DNA of 61,821 nucleotides, filler included, from a bacterium (GCA_037439705.1; 7 parts of 7 records of this genome joined end to end with filler, not necessarily neighbours in it), one strand, 5' to 3'. Positions 1 to 10,717 are shown, counted from the first letter of the whole stretch. Notes: generated from the sequence alone by a model not told the origin. Made by a program: numbers and translations.

Positions 1-192
1 ATATAAACATAAAGTGGAATTTTTGGGTAAAAGTGACAAAACCGAATGAAGAAACAAGACCTAACCCCATTACCCCCAATTTTACCCCTTTTAACTCAAA
101 TTTCCAACCCCTTTCCCCCTGGTAACAATGTCTATGTTGTTCTACATTTTTTATCCCTTGAATTTATGAATAAAAAATCGTAATGTTAAAGT

Positions 193-1438
193 ATGACAAA
201 GGGGACAAAGATAGCTCAATTAACAGAGGAGGCGTATAAATTCTTCACAAAAGGAGATTTTCGTAAAGCAATTGAAGTTTTTAAAAAACTCGTTCAATTG
301 AAACCAGACAACGAAAAAAACAGGATGAAACTGGCTGAATGCTATTTAAAACTGGGAGAGAAAAAATCCGCTTTTCAGGAATACTTTGAAGTAGCAAAAC
401 TCTATAAAGAAAAGGGATTTTTAGTGCAGGCAATTTCTGTTTCCAAAATTCTTCAGAACATAATGCCCCAGGACGAAATGGTTAATAAATTTATTGATGA
501 ACTTTACAGGGAAAGAGGAATTACAGCGAAGACAAAAAAAGAAGAAGCCCCACCCATTGAAAAAGAGGAAGAGATAATAGAAATTGAGATGGAGGAAGAG
601 GAGGAAGAGAAAGAAGAAAGACCTGCATTTCCAAAAATTTCTTTTTTTTCATCCCTTGCTCTTGATGAGTTTAAAGAGGTTATAAATAACCTTTCTACAA
701 AATCATTTTCTCAAGGTGAGGTTATTGTGGAAGAAGGAAATATCCTCAATGCTCTTTACATAATTTCTCAGGGTGATGTGGAAATAATATCCAAAGGTAA
801 AAGAATAACAACCCTTCCTCCGGGTTCATTCATCGGACAAAAATCTTTTTTTGAACGTTCACCAATAAGTGCTTCGGCTTTGGCTCTTACAGATGTAATA
901 CTTCTTGAACTTACCCATCAAAGCCTTAATGATATAATAAAAAAATATCCAAAGGTCAAATCTGCAGTAGAGGAAATCTACATAGAAAAGGTTTTTATCC
1001 CAATTCTGAAATCATCCCCTGTTCTCCGCAATTCCTGAAAGCGACCTGCCTACGATTGCTCCCTGGTTTAACATGGTAGAGTTTCAGGAAAACGAAATTG
1101 TCATAAAAGAAGGAGAAGAAGGTAAGGCACTTTACATAGTTAAAACCGGAGAGCTTATGGTATTTAAAAAACTGGCAAAGGGAAAGGCTGTAAAGCTGAC
1201 CGTGCTCGGACCAGGGGATATATTCGGAGAAATTTCAATTCTTACAGGAGGAAAAACCACAGCAAGCGTGAAGGCAATCAAAAATACAACCGCTATGAGC
1301 CTTGAGCGTTCAAAATTTAAAGAACTCGTGATGCTCTATCCTGTTGTCCTTGATGGAATCTCAGAAATTATGGATAAAAGGCTCGCCACAAATAAAGCTA
1401 TTATGGAAAAACTTCTTCAGAAGGAGGGAATTGTTTAG
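193..1438 (+). pseudogene. TPR + acidic linker + tandem cyclic-nucleotide-binding domain protein, split by a frameshift near 1018-1021 (ORFs 193-1038 and 1073-1438)
   Basis: N-terminal TPR-like helices, poly-Glu linker and two cNMP-domain-like segments. The +1 frame at the junction reads LFSAIPESDLPTIAPWFNMVEF directly into the second ORF. Could be an assembly error. Confidence 0.75.
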
Positions 1439-3648
1439 TGAAAAAATTTCTTCTAAAGGAATTTCCCTTCATTTTTTTATTCATGCTTCTTTCAGGATTT
1501 TTCTACATAAGAGGGTGCGAATTCATTGACTATATGGAATTAAAATCCCTTGATTACAGAGTGAAGATAAAAGGAAAGGAAAAACCTGTTGAGGATGTGA
1601 TAATAGTAGCCATTGATGAAAAAAGCATTAAGGAACTTGGAAGGTGGCCCTGGTCAAGGGATATAATAGCCCAGGGAATAGAAAAACTCATCAAAATGGG
1701 AGCGAAGACGGTGGGACTTGATATAGTTTTTTCGGAAAGGGAAGAATTCAAACAGAAGGAAAAATTTATTGAATTTCTTGAGCAGATGGAAGACGAAGAA
1801 TTAAAGAAAAACCTTTCGGTGGTAATCCGGAACATAAATCCTGATAAAAATCTGGTCGAAACTTTCAGAAGGTATAGAGAAAATATCGTGGCAGGTTATT
1901 TTGTATTTATGAAAGAAGAGGAAATAGGAGATGTTAAAATAAAATGGAGTGACAGATATATAAAAAATTCTTTTGTAAATGTGATTATAAACTCCACCCC
2001 CAGTGTGGAACCCGTTTTAAAAAGAGCGATTGCGGTGGAAAATAATATCCAGGACATTGAAATGGCTACCAAACACTTTGGTTTCTTTAATGCCATTTCT
2101 GACAAGGACGGAATTTACAGAAGAGCCCTTTTATTAATTCGTATAGGAGATACAATCTATCCCTCCCTTCCACTTGAAATGCTGAGGGTTTATACTGATT
2201 CTAACATCATAGTTTATGCTACTGATGGTTTCATAACAAAAATAAAAATCGGAAATTACTCTATATATCCCGATGAAAAAGGAACCATTCCCCTTGCATT
2301 TCTTGGTCCCGGAAAAACATTCCCCCATTATAGTTTTTCTGACATAATTAAGGAAAGGATATCTCCTGAAAAAATAAAGGGGAAAATGGTTTTGATAGGA
2401 GCGACTGCAATTGGAATATACGATCTGAGACCAACTCCCATGGACGAAAGATTCCCTGGAGTAGAAGTTCATGCAACCGTAATTGACAACATACTTAAGT
2501 CAAGACCTCTCAAAAGATATGACTGGATGTGGATATTTGAGATGCTCGGAATATGGCTTATGTTTTTTATAATGGGAACGGTGTTCTTAAAAACAGGACC
2601 TTTTCCAGCAATCCTTACCTCAGCAGGAATCATTTTATTTTTCAATGCTTTCGCTTTTTACCTGTTTTTGAAGAAAAGAATATGGGTTATACTCCTTTAT
2701 CCCAACATATCCCTTCTCGGTCTAACACTTATAATGAGTTTCTACAAGTACCTCTCAGAAGAGAAAATGAAAAAAATGATAAAAAATGCTTTCAGCAAAT
2801 ATCTCAGCGATAAACTCGTTGAGATTATTGTCAGGAACCCCGAAAAATTAAAACTCGGTGGAGAAAAAAAGGAAATAACCGTTCTTTTTTCTGACATAAG
2901 GGGGTTCACATCTATTTCCGAAAAACTCCCACCGGAAGAAATCGCCAACCTACTTCATGAGTATCTCACACCAATGTCTGAGGTTATACTTGAAAACGAC
3001 GGTCTGTTAGATAAATACATAGGAGATGCGATAATGGCTCTCTTTGGCACACCCGTATGGATGGAAACACATGCTATAAAGGCATGTGAAACTGCTCTTT
3101 CAATGATAAAAAAACTGGACGAACTCAATAAAAAATGGGAAAAAACAAAGGGACTGAAACTTAAAATAGGGATAGGGATAAATACGGGTGAATGTGTTGT
3201 GGGAAACATGGGCTCAGATATTCTGTTTGACTATACTGCAGTTGGCGACACTGTAAATCTCGCATCCAGACTTGAAGGCACGACAAAGTTTTATGGCGTT
3301 GGAATTGTGGTAAGCGAATTTACTGTTTCAAAAACAGGTAAACAATTTCTTTTCAGAAAACTTGACCTTGTTAGAGTAAAAGGAAAAGAAAAGCCAGTGA
3401 AAATTTATGAACTTGTGGGAAGAAATAATGAGGTGGATGGAAAAATGAAAAATTTTATATCCCTCTTTCACCAGGCTTTAGTTAATTACATAGAAGGAAA
3501 ATGGGAAATAGCAATTGATGGTTTCAGAAACTGCCTTGAAATTTTTCCAGAAGACAAACCGTCAAAACTTTATTTAGAAAGGTGCTTAAAATTGAAAGAA
3601 ATGAAAATTGAAAGATGGGAAGGAATATATGAAATGGAGGTAAAATGA
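1438..3648 (+). CDS. CHASE2-domain class III adenylyl cyclase with C-terminal TPR-like tail
   Basis: CHASE2 motifs (IVAIDEKSI..LGRWPWSR, PGVEVHATVIDNIL), three TM helices, and cyclase motifs LFSDIRGFT, DKYIGDAIMA, DYTAVGDTVNLASRLEG. Confidence 0.92.
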   Translation: MKKFLLKEFPFIFLFMLLSGFFYIRGCEFIDYMELKSLDYRVKIKGKEKPVEDVIIVAIDEKSIKELGRWPWSRDIIAQGIEKLIKMGAKTVGLDIVFSEREEFKQKEKFIEFLEQMEDEELKKNLSVVIRNINPDKNLVETFRRYRENIVAGYFVFMKEEEIGDVKIKWSDRYIKNSFVNVIINSTPSVEPVLKRAIAVENNIQDIEMATKHFGFFNAISDKDGIYRRALLLIRIGDTIYPSLPLEMLRVYTDSNIIVYATDGFITKIKIGNYSIYPDEKGTIPLAFLGPGKTFPHYSFSDIIKERISPEKIKGKMVLIGATAIGIYDLRPTPMDERFPGVEVHATVIDNILKSRPLKRYDWMWIFEMLGIWLMFFIMGTVFLKTGPFPAILTSAGIILFFNAFAFYLFLKKRIWVILLYPNISLLGLTLIMSFYKYLSEEKMKKMIKNAFSKYLSDKLVEIIVRNPEKLKLGGEKKEITVLFSDIRGFTSISEKLPPEEIANLLHEYLTPMSEVILENDGLLDKYIGDAIMALFGTPVWMETHAIKACETALSMIKKLDELNKKWEKTKGLKLKIGIGINTGECVVGNMGSDILFDYTAVGDTVNLASRLEGTTKFYGVGIVVSEFTVSKTGKQFLFRKLDLVRVKGKEKPVKIYELVGRNNEVDGKMKNFISLFHQALVNYIEGKWEIAIDGFRNCLEIFPEDKPSKLYLERCLKLKEMKIERWEGIYEMEVK

Positions 3649-3649
3649 T

Positions 3650-4489
3650 ATGAAAGAAAAACTTAAAAAGGTTTACTTTTTGAGGGACCTTGATGATGAA
3701 GCCTTATCCGCTGTTCAAGGTGTATGCTCCATAAGGACATTTTCAAAGGGAGATAAAATCATTGAAGAGGGTGAAGAAAGTTATTCTATCTTCATAATCA
3801 CTGATGGAAAGGTTCATGTGTATAAAAAGGACATCACGGGTGCAATGAAGTTTATGGATGAACTTGGTGAAGGAAATTTCTTCGGGGAGATAAGTTTTCT
3901 GACCGGCAGACCGAGAACCGCAACGGTAGTTGCCCATACAGACACTACCCTTTATGAAATCTCAAAAGAAGATATGGAAAAGATTGAAGAATCCTATCCG
4001 CAGATAAAAAGCGTTCTTGTGGATTTCTACAAAATTCGTGTTCTTGATTCACTCCTCGCATTCTCGCCTCTTTTTTCTGAACTTGATGCAGATGATAGAA
4101 AATATGTTCTTACAAAGTTCAAACCCGATATATATCAGCCGAATCAGGTGATAGCTCAAGAAGGAACAGAGGGAGATTATCTTTTTGTAATAAAAACTGG
4201 AAAGGTAGTAGTGAAAACAAAAGACATAAAAGGGAGGGAAATAAAACTTGTAGAACTCGGTCCAGGGGATTTTTTCGGAGAGATAGCCTTGATCACAAAC
4301 ATCCCGAGAACAGCTACTGTGACTGCCATTACAAAGGTGGGGGTTTTAAAGATGTCAAAGAGTGATTTCATGGAGATAATCCAGCTTTATCCATCAGTTT
4401 TTGAGAAAGGAATTGAATATGTAAAGAAAAGGGCTGAAGACACACTAACAATACTTCTTGATGCAAGAAAAACCGAGAGACTGGAATAA
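3650..4489 (+). CDS. Tandem cyclic-nucleotide-binding domain protein
   Basis: Two intact phosphate-binding cassettes, FGEISFLTGRPRTATV and FGEIALITNIPRTATV; no HTH. Confidence 0.88.
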   Translation: MKEKLKKVYFLRDLDDEALSAVQGVCSIRTFSKGDKIIEEGEESYSIFIITDGKVHVYKKDITGAMKFMDELGEGNFFGEISFLTGRPRTATVVAHTDTTLYEISKEDMEKIEESYPQIKSVLVDFYKIRVLDSLLAFSPLFSELDADDRKYVLTKFKPDIYQPNQVIAQEGTEGDYLFVIKTGKVVVKTKDIKGREIKLVELGPGDFFGEIALITNIPRTATVTAITKVGVLKMSKSDFMEIIQLYPSVFEKGIEYVKKRAEDTLTILLDARKTERLE

Positions 4490-4491
4490 AA

Positions 4492-5592
4492 TTGGATAAA
4501 CCCTCAAAAAATTTAAAAAAAATTCTTACCCTCTACAGAATAGGTTCTCTTCTCAATTCATCCCTTGAAATAAACATAATCCAGAAAAGAGCAATGGAAG
4601 CAATCACTGAGCTTATGAAGTGTGAAGCAGGCTCCCTCCTTCTTGTTGATGAAAACACCAATGAACTCTACTTCCAGATAGCCCTCGGAGAAAAGGGAGA
4701 AGAAGTAAAAGAAATAAGGTTAAAAATTGGTGAAGGAATCGCGGGATGGGTGGCAAAAGAAGGAAAAAGCATTATCGTTCATGATGTAAGAAAAGACCCG
4801 AGGTGGTTCAGAAAGGCAGATGAAAAAACAAAGTTTCAAACAAGAAATATGATATGCGTGCCTGTGAAAAGCAAGGGAAAGGTTATAGGAGTTATCCAGG
4901 GAATAAACAAAAAAAGAGGAAAATGGACAAAGGATGACCTAAAACTTCTTGAACATTTCAGCAATCAATTGAGTATCGCAATAGAAAATGCGAGGCTTTA
5001 TGAAGAATTAAAGAAAACATTTTATGAAACATCACAAGCTCTTGCTGAAGCAATAGAAATGAGAGACCCGTATACAGGCGGGCACACATTAAGGGTAATG
5101 AAGTATTCGAAAGCAATAGCTGATGAGATGGGTTTAAGCAAAGAAGAAATAGAGAAGATAAAAATCTCTGCCATTCTCCACGATGTTGGGAAAATAGGGA
5201 TAGAGGATTCAATTTTGAGAAAATCATCAGGATTGACCGAGGAAGAATTGAAAAAGATGATGGAACATCCTAATATCGGAGAAGAAATTGTGAAAAAAGT
5301 AAGTTCATTAAAGGAGGTAGCTATCATAATAAGAGCCCATCAGGAAAGATTTGATGGTAAAGGGTATCCCGATGGATTGAAGGGCGAAGAAATACCATTG
5401 CACGCAAGAATAATAGCAGTTGCTGATAGTTTTGATGCAATGATAACTGACAGACCCTACCGAAAAGGATTACCTGTAGAGAAGGCTGTAGAGGAATTAA
5501 AAAAAAACATAGGGATTCAGTTTGACCCGGATGTAGTGAATGCATTCCTAAGAGCCTTTGCGAAGGGAAAAATAAAAGAATCCGCGTCCTAA
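4492..5592 (+). CDS. GAF + HD-GYP cyclic-dinucleotide phosphodiesterase
   Basis: GAF (GEGIAGWVA, MICVPV); HD-GYP motifs YTGGHT, LHDVGKIG, HQERFDGKGYPDGL, DRPYRK. Confidence 0.9.
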   Translation: MDKPSKNLKKILTLYRIGSLLNSSLEINIIQKRAMEAITELMKCEAGSLLLVDENTNELYFQIALGEKGEEVKEIRLKIGEGIAGWVAKEGKSIIVHDVRKDPRWFRKADEKTKFQTRNMICVPVKSKGKVIGVIQGINKKRGKWTKDDLKLLEHFSNQLSIAIENARLYEELKKTFYETSQALAEAIEMRDPYTGGHTLRVMKYSKAIADEMGLSKEEIEKIKISAILHDVGKIGIEDSILRKSSGLTEEELKKMMEHPNIGEEIVKKVSSLKEVAIIIRAHQERFDGKGYPDGLKGEEIPLHARIIAVADSFDAMITDRPYRKGLPVEKAVEELKKNIGIQFDPDVVNAFLRAFAKGKIKESAS

Positions 5593-5648
5593 TCCGGGCT
5601 CATTCCTTCCTTGATATTTTCCTGAAAAATCTGTAAATTTTTGATGGC

Positions 5649-6665
5649 ATGAAAAAGATAAGGGCAATAGCGCTTCTTTCCGGTGGACTTGATTCTACGC
5701 TTTCTGCAAAAATAGTCATAAGGGAAGGAATAGAAATAATAGGCATCCATTTTTATACGGGATTTTCATTTATTGAAAGAAAGAGGATGATCGGAACCCT
5801 TAGAGAAACAATATTTTCAAAAACCATTGAGCAGTTGGGAATTCCTGTAGAAATTGTTGACATATCGGATGGTTATATGGATATTATCTTGTACCCGAAG
5901 TATGGATACGGAGCAAATGCTAATCCCTGTCTTGATTGTAAAATCTATATGTTCAGAAAAGCCAAGGAACTCCTTGAAAAATTTGATGCAAAATTTATCG
6001 TAACAGGTGAGGTTCTCAAACAGCGACCAATGTCCCAGCAGAAGCATCAACTTATGTTAATTGAAAAAGAAATCGGATTAAAGGGGATTATTGTAAGACC
6101 GCTTTCTCAGAAGCTTTTTCCGGAAACAATTCCTGAAAAAGAGGGGTGGATAAACCGGAAGAAACTTTATGATATAAACGGAAGGTCAAGAAAAATTCAG
6201 ATGAAACTTGCAGAAGAACTTGGTATCAAAGAATATCCACAGCCTGCTGGAGGATGCTGTTTCTTAACCGAAGAAACTTATGGAAGGAGATTCTTTGATT
6301 ATATTGAACACAACCCGAAAGAAAAATTTACGAGAAAAGAGGCACTTCTTCTTGCGTTTGGGAGACACTTTCGTATAAGCGAAAAAACAAAAGCAATTGT
6401 TGGAAGAAACGAAAGGGAGAACCGAGTTCTTGAAGAGTTTTCAAATGGAAGAATAATTTTATATCCTGAGGACAGAAAAGGACCTATAATGCTCCTGGAT
6501 CCAACTTCTACAGAGGATGAAATAGAAAAAGCTGCGAGGCTTTTTGTAAGATATTGCAAAAAGGAAAAAGACAAAATTTCAATAAATGTCCACTTCGAAA
6601 ACACCGTAAGAACCCTTTCCGTTGAGCCCCTTGAAGAACATGAAATAGAAAAAATGAGGATTTAA
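5649..6665 (+). CDS. PP-loop tRNA thiolase-like protein (ThiI/MnmA-related)
   Basis: PP-loop LLSGGLDS, NPCLDCK, TGEVLKQRPMSQ, PAGGCC. Confidence 0.7.
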   Translation: MKKIRAIALLSGGLDSTLSAKIVIREGIEIIGIHFYTGFSFIERKRMIGTLRETIFSKTIEQLGIPVEIVDISDGYMDIILYPKYGYGANANPCLDCKIYMFRKAKELLEKFDAKFIVTGEVLKQRPMSQQKHQLMLIEKEIGLKGIIVRPLSQKLFPETIPEKEGWINRKKLYDINGRSRKIQMKLAEELGIKEYPQPAGGCCFLTEETYGRRFFDYIEHNPKEKFTRKEALLLAFGRHFRISEKTKAIVGRNERENRVLEEFSNGRIILYPEDRKGPIMLLDPTSTEDEIEKAARLFVRYCKKEKDKISINVHFENTVRTLSVEPLEEHEIEKMRI

Positions 6666-6666
6666 G

Positions 6667-7383
6667 ATGCCAGAAAAGGAAATGACATTTATTGAACATC
6701 TTGAAGAACTGAGAAAAAGAGTAATCGTCTCTCTAATCGCAGTTGGTGTATGCTTCATAATCAGTTATATATTTTCCAAACAAATTCTTTCCTTCATCCT
6801 TCTTCCCTATACAAAAAATGTGGGCAAAAACCCCCTTGTATTCATAACCCCTGTTGAGGGGTTTTTAACCTATCTAAAAGTTGCTTTCTTCTCGGGTTTA
6901 TTTTTTGCAAGCCCTGTTATTCTTTATGAATTCTGGGCATTTGTAGACCCTGCCCTTTATCCTCACGAAAGAAAAGTTGCCTTTCCAACACTCGTTCTTT
7001 CTATAATTTTCTTTGTAGGAGGATGTGCTTTTTGTTATTTCCTCGTGCTACCAATTGCTGTTAAATACCTAATACTGGGCTTTTCTTCCGATATACTTTC
7101 ACCGATGATATCTGTTGGAAAATATCTATCTTTCTCCCTCGTTCTTATTCTTGCCTTCGGTCTCATATTTGAATCACCTCTCGTTCTTTTTTTTATGAAT
7201 AGATTGGGACTTATTCAAGTTGAAACCCTTACAAAAAATAGAAGCGTAATAATAGTGGTGATATTTATAATTGCTGCTATTCTGACACCTCCGGATGTGA
7301 TCAGTCAGATATTACTTGCCCTTCCGCTTCTTTTTCTTTTTGAACTAACAATACTTGCAATAAAAATTTTTGGAAAAAGGTAA
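6667..7383 (+). CDS. tatC: Twin-arginine translocase subunit TatC
   Basis: EMTFIEHLEELRKR, PALYPHER, AAILTPPDVISQ, multiple TM helices. Confidence 0.95.
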   Translation: MPEKEMTFIEHLEELRKRVIVSLIAVGVCFIISYIFSKQILSFILLPYTKNVGKNPLVFITPVEGFLTYLKVAFFSGLFFASPVILYEFWAFVDPALYPHERKVAFPTLVLSIIFFVGGCAFCYFLVLPIAVKYLILGFSSDILSPMISVGKYLSFSLVLILAFGLIFESPLVLFFMNRLGLIQVETLTKNRSVIIVVIFIIAAILTPPDVISQILLALPLLFLFELTILAIKIFGKR

Positions 7384-7468
7384 AAAACCTGAAAGTTCCA
7401 TTTTTCATTGTGTTTGAAAATAAATTTTAAAGGTATTATTTTTTAGAAAAACTTTTGAGAGGTGGAGC

Positions 7469-8731
7469 GTGTATAAAATTTTGTGGAAAGTAGACCCTGA
7501 AATAGCAGAGGCAATAAAGAAAGAAATAGAAAGGCAGGAATTCAAACTTGAACTTATAGCTTCAGAAAATTACGCAAGTAAAGCGGTTCTCGTAGCAATG
7601 GCAAATGTCATGAACAACAAATATGCGGAGGGATATCCTGCAAAAAGATACTATGGAGGTTGCGATTATGTGGATATAGCAGAACAACTTGCTATTGAAA
7701 GGTTGAAAAAGTTATTTAGATGTGAATTTGCAAATGTTCAACCCCATTCAGGTGCTCAAGCTAATATGGGAGTATATTTTGCCATTCTCAATCCGGGAGA
7801 TGTGATACTTGGAATGAACCTTTCCCACGGAGGACATTTAACCCACGGAAGTCCCGTTAATTTTTCCGGAAAACTTTACAAGGTTATTTCATACGGAGTG
7901 AACAGAGAAACAGAAACCATTGACTTTGAGGAAGTAAGAAAACTTGCACTTGAACATCGTCCAAAAATGATAGTTACTGGCGCCAGCGCATACCCGAGGG
8001 AGATTGATTTCAAAAGGTTTAAAGAAATTGCGGATGAGGTCGGTGCCTTTCTTATGGCAGATATAGCACATACCGCAGGTCTTGTTGCAGCGGGACTTCA
8101 TATGTCACCAATTCCATCTGCGGATGTGGTGACCGCAACAACCCACAAAACCCTGAGGGGACCAAGGGGAGGAATTATAATGGGAAAATCAGAACACGAA
8201 AAAAAGATAAATTCTTCAGTATTCCCTGGAACACAGGGTGGACCGTTCATGCATGTGATTGCTGCAAAAGCAGTCTGTTTTAAAGAGGCACTTTCAGAGG
8301 AATTCAAAGAATATCAGAAACAGGTTGTAAAAAATGCAAAGAAACTGGCAGAGGTTTTAAAAGAGAAGGGATACAGGCTCGTCTCAGGTGGAACAGATAC
8401 CCATCTGTTTTTGATTGACCTTACAAATAAAAACATAACAGGAAAGGAAGCAGAAGAAGCGCTCGCAAAAGCAGGAATCACAGTTAATAAAAATACAATT
8501 CCTTTTGAAACAAAACCTCCGTTCATTGCAAGTGGAATAAGAATTGGGACGCCGGCAGTGACAACAAGGGGAATGAAGGAAAGAGAAATGGAAATAATTG
8601 GAGAATACATTGATGAAGTTCTGAAACACAGAGAGGATGAAAAATATCTTGAAGAAATAAAAGAGAAAGTCAGAAAACTCTGTGCAGAGTTTCCGGTTTA
8701 TAGAGACCTTCTTGAAGATATTTCAAGATGA
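7469..8731 (+). CDS. glyA: Serine hydroxymethyltransferase
   Basis: [33 protein letters not shown] (PLP lysine), SGIRIGTPA. Confidence 0.98.
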   Translation: MYKILWKVDPEIAEAIKKEIERQEFKLELIASENYASKAVLVAMANVMNNKYAEGYPAKRYYGGCDYVDIAEQLAIERLKKLFRCEFANVQPHSGAQANMGVYFAILNPGDVILGMNLSHGGHLTHGSPVNFSGKLYKVISYGVNRETETIDFEEVRKLALEHRPKMIVTGASAYPREIDFKRFKEIADEVGAFLMADIAHTAGLVAAGLHMSPIPSADVVTATTHKTLRGPRGGIIMGKSEHEKKINSSVFPGTQGGPFMHVIAAKAVCFKEALSEEFKEYQKQVVKNAKKLAEVLKEKGYRLVSGGTDTHLFLIDLTNKNITGKEAEEALAKAGITVNKNTIPFETKPPFIASGIRIGTPAVTTRGMKEREMEIIGEYIDEVLKHREDEKYLEEIKEKVRKLCAEFPVYRDLLEDISR

Positions 8732-9074
8732 AAAGACCCACCTGGGATGATTATTTTATGGGTTTTGCCTTCCTCGCAAGGGAAAGGTCAACATGCCTGA
8801 GAAGAAAGGTTGGGGCAGTAATTGTGAAAAATAAACAAATCCTTGCTACAGGTTATAATGGAGCACCAAAAGGAATTACTCATTGTGAGGTCACAGGATG
8901 CCTTAGAGAACAACTAAATGTTCCATCCGGGGAAAGGCATGAACTCTGCAGGGGACTTCATGCGGAGCAAAACGCCATAATCCAGGCAGCCTTTCACGGG
9001 GTAAACATTCAAGGTGCTGAAATATATTGCACCGAAATGCCCTGCATTATATCTGCAAAAATGATAATAAATGC
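8728..9074 (+). CDS. dCMP/cytidine deaminase family protein (3' truncated at contig end)
   Basis: [24 protein letters not shown], PCxxS (normally PCxxC). Confidence 0.88.
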
Positions 9075-9174
9075 NNNNNNNNNNNNNNNNNNNNNNNNNN
9101 NNNNNNNNNNNNNNNNNNTTAATTAATTAANNNNNNNNNNNNNNNNNNNNNNNNNNNNNNNNNNNNNNNNNNNN
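9075..9174. other. Artificial contig linker
   Basis: 44 N + TTAATTAATTAA (stops in all six frames) + 44 N. Confidence 0.98.
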
Positions 9175-9175
9175 A

Positions 9176-10717
9176 AGCGGGGGAACAACATGTTCAGATG
9201 TAAACTTTGATGTTATGGATACATCGGGACAGCCTGTTGAAGGAATTCAGGTAACTTTTTAACTCTATTGACCTGAATGATGAGAATACCTTGACCCGAT
9301 TACCTCATCAACAAACAGTGAGGGGAAGGCAATTACATACCTAAACAGTGGAAGAATTGCAGGTCCAGCAAGAATAGTTGCCTGCACAACAGATACCACA
9401 ACAGGAAAACTTATATGCGCCTCATCAACTCCTATCTCCATTGGAGGTGGTAAACCATCACACATGCATTTGAGCATCGCAGAGAGGCTCATAAATGTGA
9501 GCGGACTTTACCACTACGGCATAAAGAACGAAATAACTGCTTTTGTGGCAGATAGATTCGGAAACATAATTGAATCACCCATCACTGTTTCTTTCTTCAC
9601 AGAAGGAGGAGGGATTGAAACAGCGNNNNNNNNNNAGGTTGTTGCTGAAATGGGAAGAGCAACGACAATCCTTCAGACGCAGGGTCCACTTCCAAGGGAC
9701 CTGAAGCCGAAGCCCCAAAGCGAAGACCCCTATTACCTCAATTATACCCCGCTTTTTTATATAAATACCTGCGAAACCCAGTATGAGGAAGGGACGAGAT
9801 ACTTTCAGAAACACAATCCAGGGGATGGACTTGTTACAGTAATTGCTGTTACAAAGGGCGAGGAAACATTCTTTGATGCAAACGGAAACGGCGTTTATGA
9901 CAGCGGGGAGGATTTCATTGACATAGGAGAACCTTTTATTGATTCAAACGATAACGGGATATGGGATGACGATGAACCATACAACGACCTTGACAATGAT
10001 GGAAGGTTCACCCCACCAGAGCCATACGATGATGTGAACGAGAACTGTCAGTACGATTCAGGAGAGCCATTCACAGACCTTAATGCAAATGGCACCTACA
10101 ACTCAGGAGATACATTCACTGATAAGAATGGAAACGGAAAATGGGACCCCCACGAGTTTTACTTTGATGCAAACAAAAATGAAAAATACGATGGTCCAAA
10201 TGGAAGGTGGGATAATGATATTAGTATATGGAGGGAGATAAAGGTAGTCTTCTCTGGAATGCCATTCTATACCATATGGCTTGATATGGATTACGAAATA
10301 TGCGACATTGATTGTTCTACGAATTGTTCAGCATATACCTATTCTGGCTTATGGTCTAACTCCATCGCCATTCCAGATAATAAATGCGCAAATATTTTAT
10401 ACACCATAACAGGAATCCTTTCCGATGTAAACGGAAATCCACCTCCAATGATTTTGAGCTACAAAATTGGTGATTCAACGGTATATGAAAACTGGGAGTG
10501 CGGACTCGGTCCTGATTGCGTTTTCGTTACATTAGCAGGAAACTACCTTTCCCTTCCAGACCCCTATCCTGGCGAGTCAACAGCAGTTACAACTACTGAA
10601 GTCAGATCAAAACTTGAGGTGAAGGTGAAACTTGGCTACGATGATGACTTCAGTAAGGATGTAACCCTGATAAAGGAAAATGACGATGTTCCCTGGACAA
10701 TAGCAATAAACTATTGA
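9176..10717 (+). CDS. Secreted/surface protein with Ig-like (Big-1-like) segments and Asp-rich Ca-binding repeats; 5' truncated, with four in-frame stops at 9260-9283
   Basis: The frame of ORF 9464-10717 extends to the contig start (VMDTSGQPVEGIQVTF...TSSTNSEGKAITYLNSGRIAGPARIVA). DxNxNG repeats follow; a 10-N gap lies at 9626-9635. Confidence 0.65.
9857..10217 (+). repeat. About seven tandem (G)E(P)F/YxDxNxNGx(W/Y)D protein repeats
   Basis: DANGNGVYD, DSNDNGIWD, DLDNDGRFT, DVNENCQYD, DLNANGTYN, DKNGNGKWD, DANKNEKYD. Confidence 0.85.

Noticed and set aside
9119-9130. TTAATTAATTAA palindrome recurring six times
   Set aside because: Always centred in 100-bp N linkers; it is an assembly spacer, so adjacency across it is not biological
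9260-9283. Possible TGA=Gly or TAA=Glu recoding
   Set aside because: Many intact genes end in TGA or TAA at the expected places, and internal stops are rare and clustered
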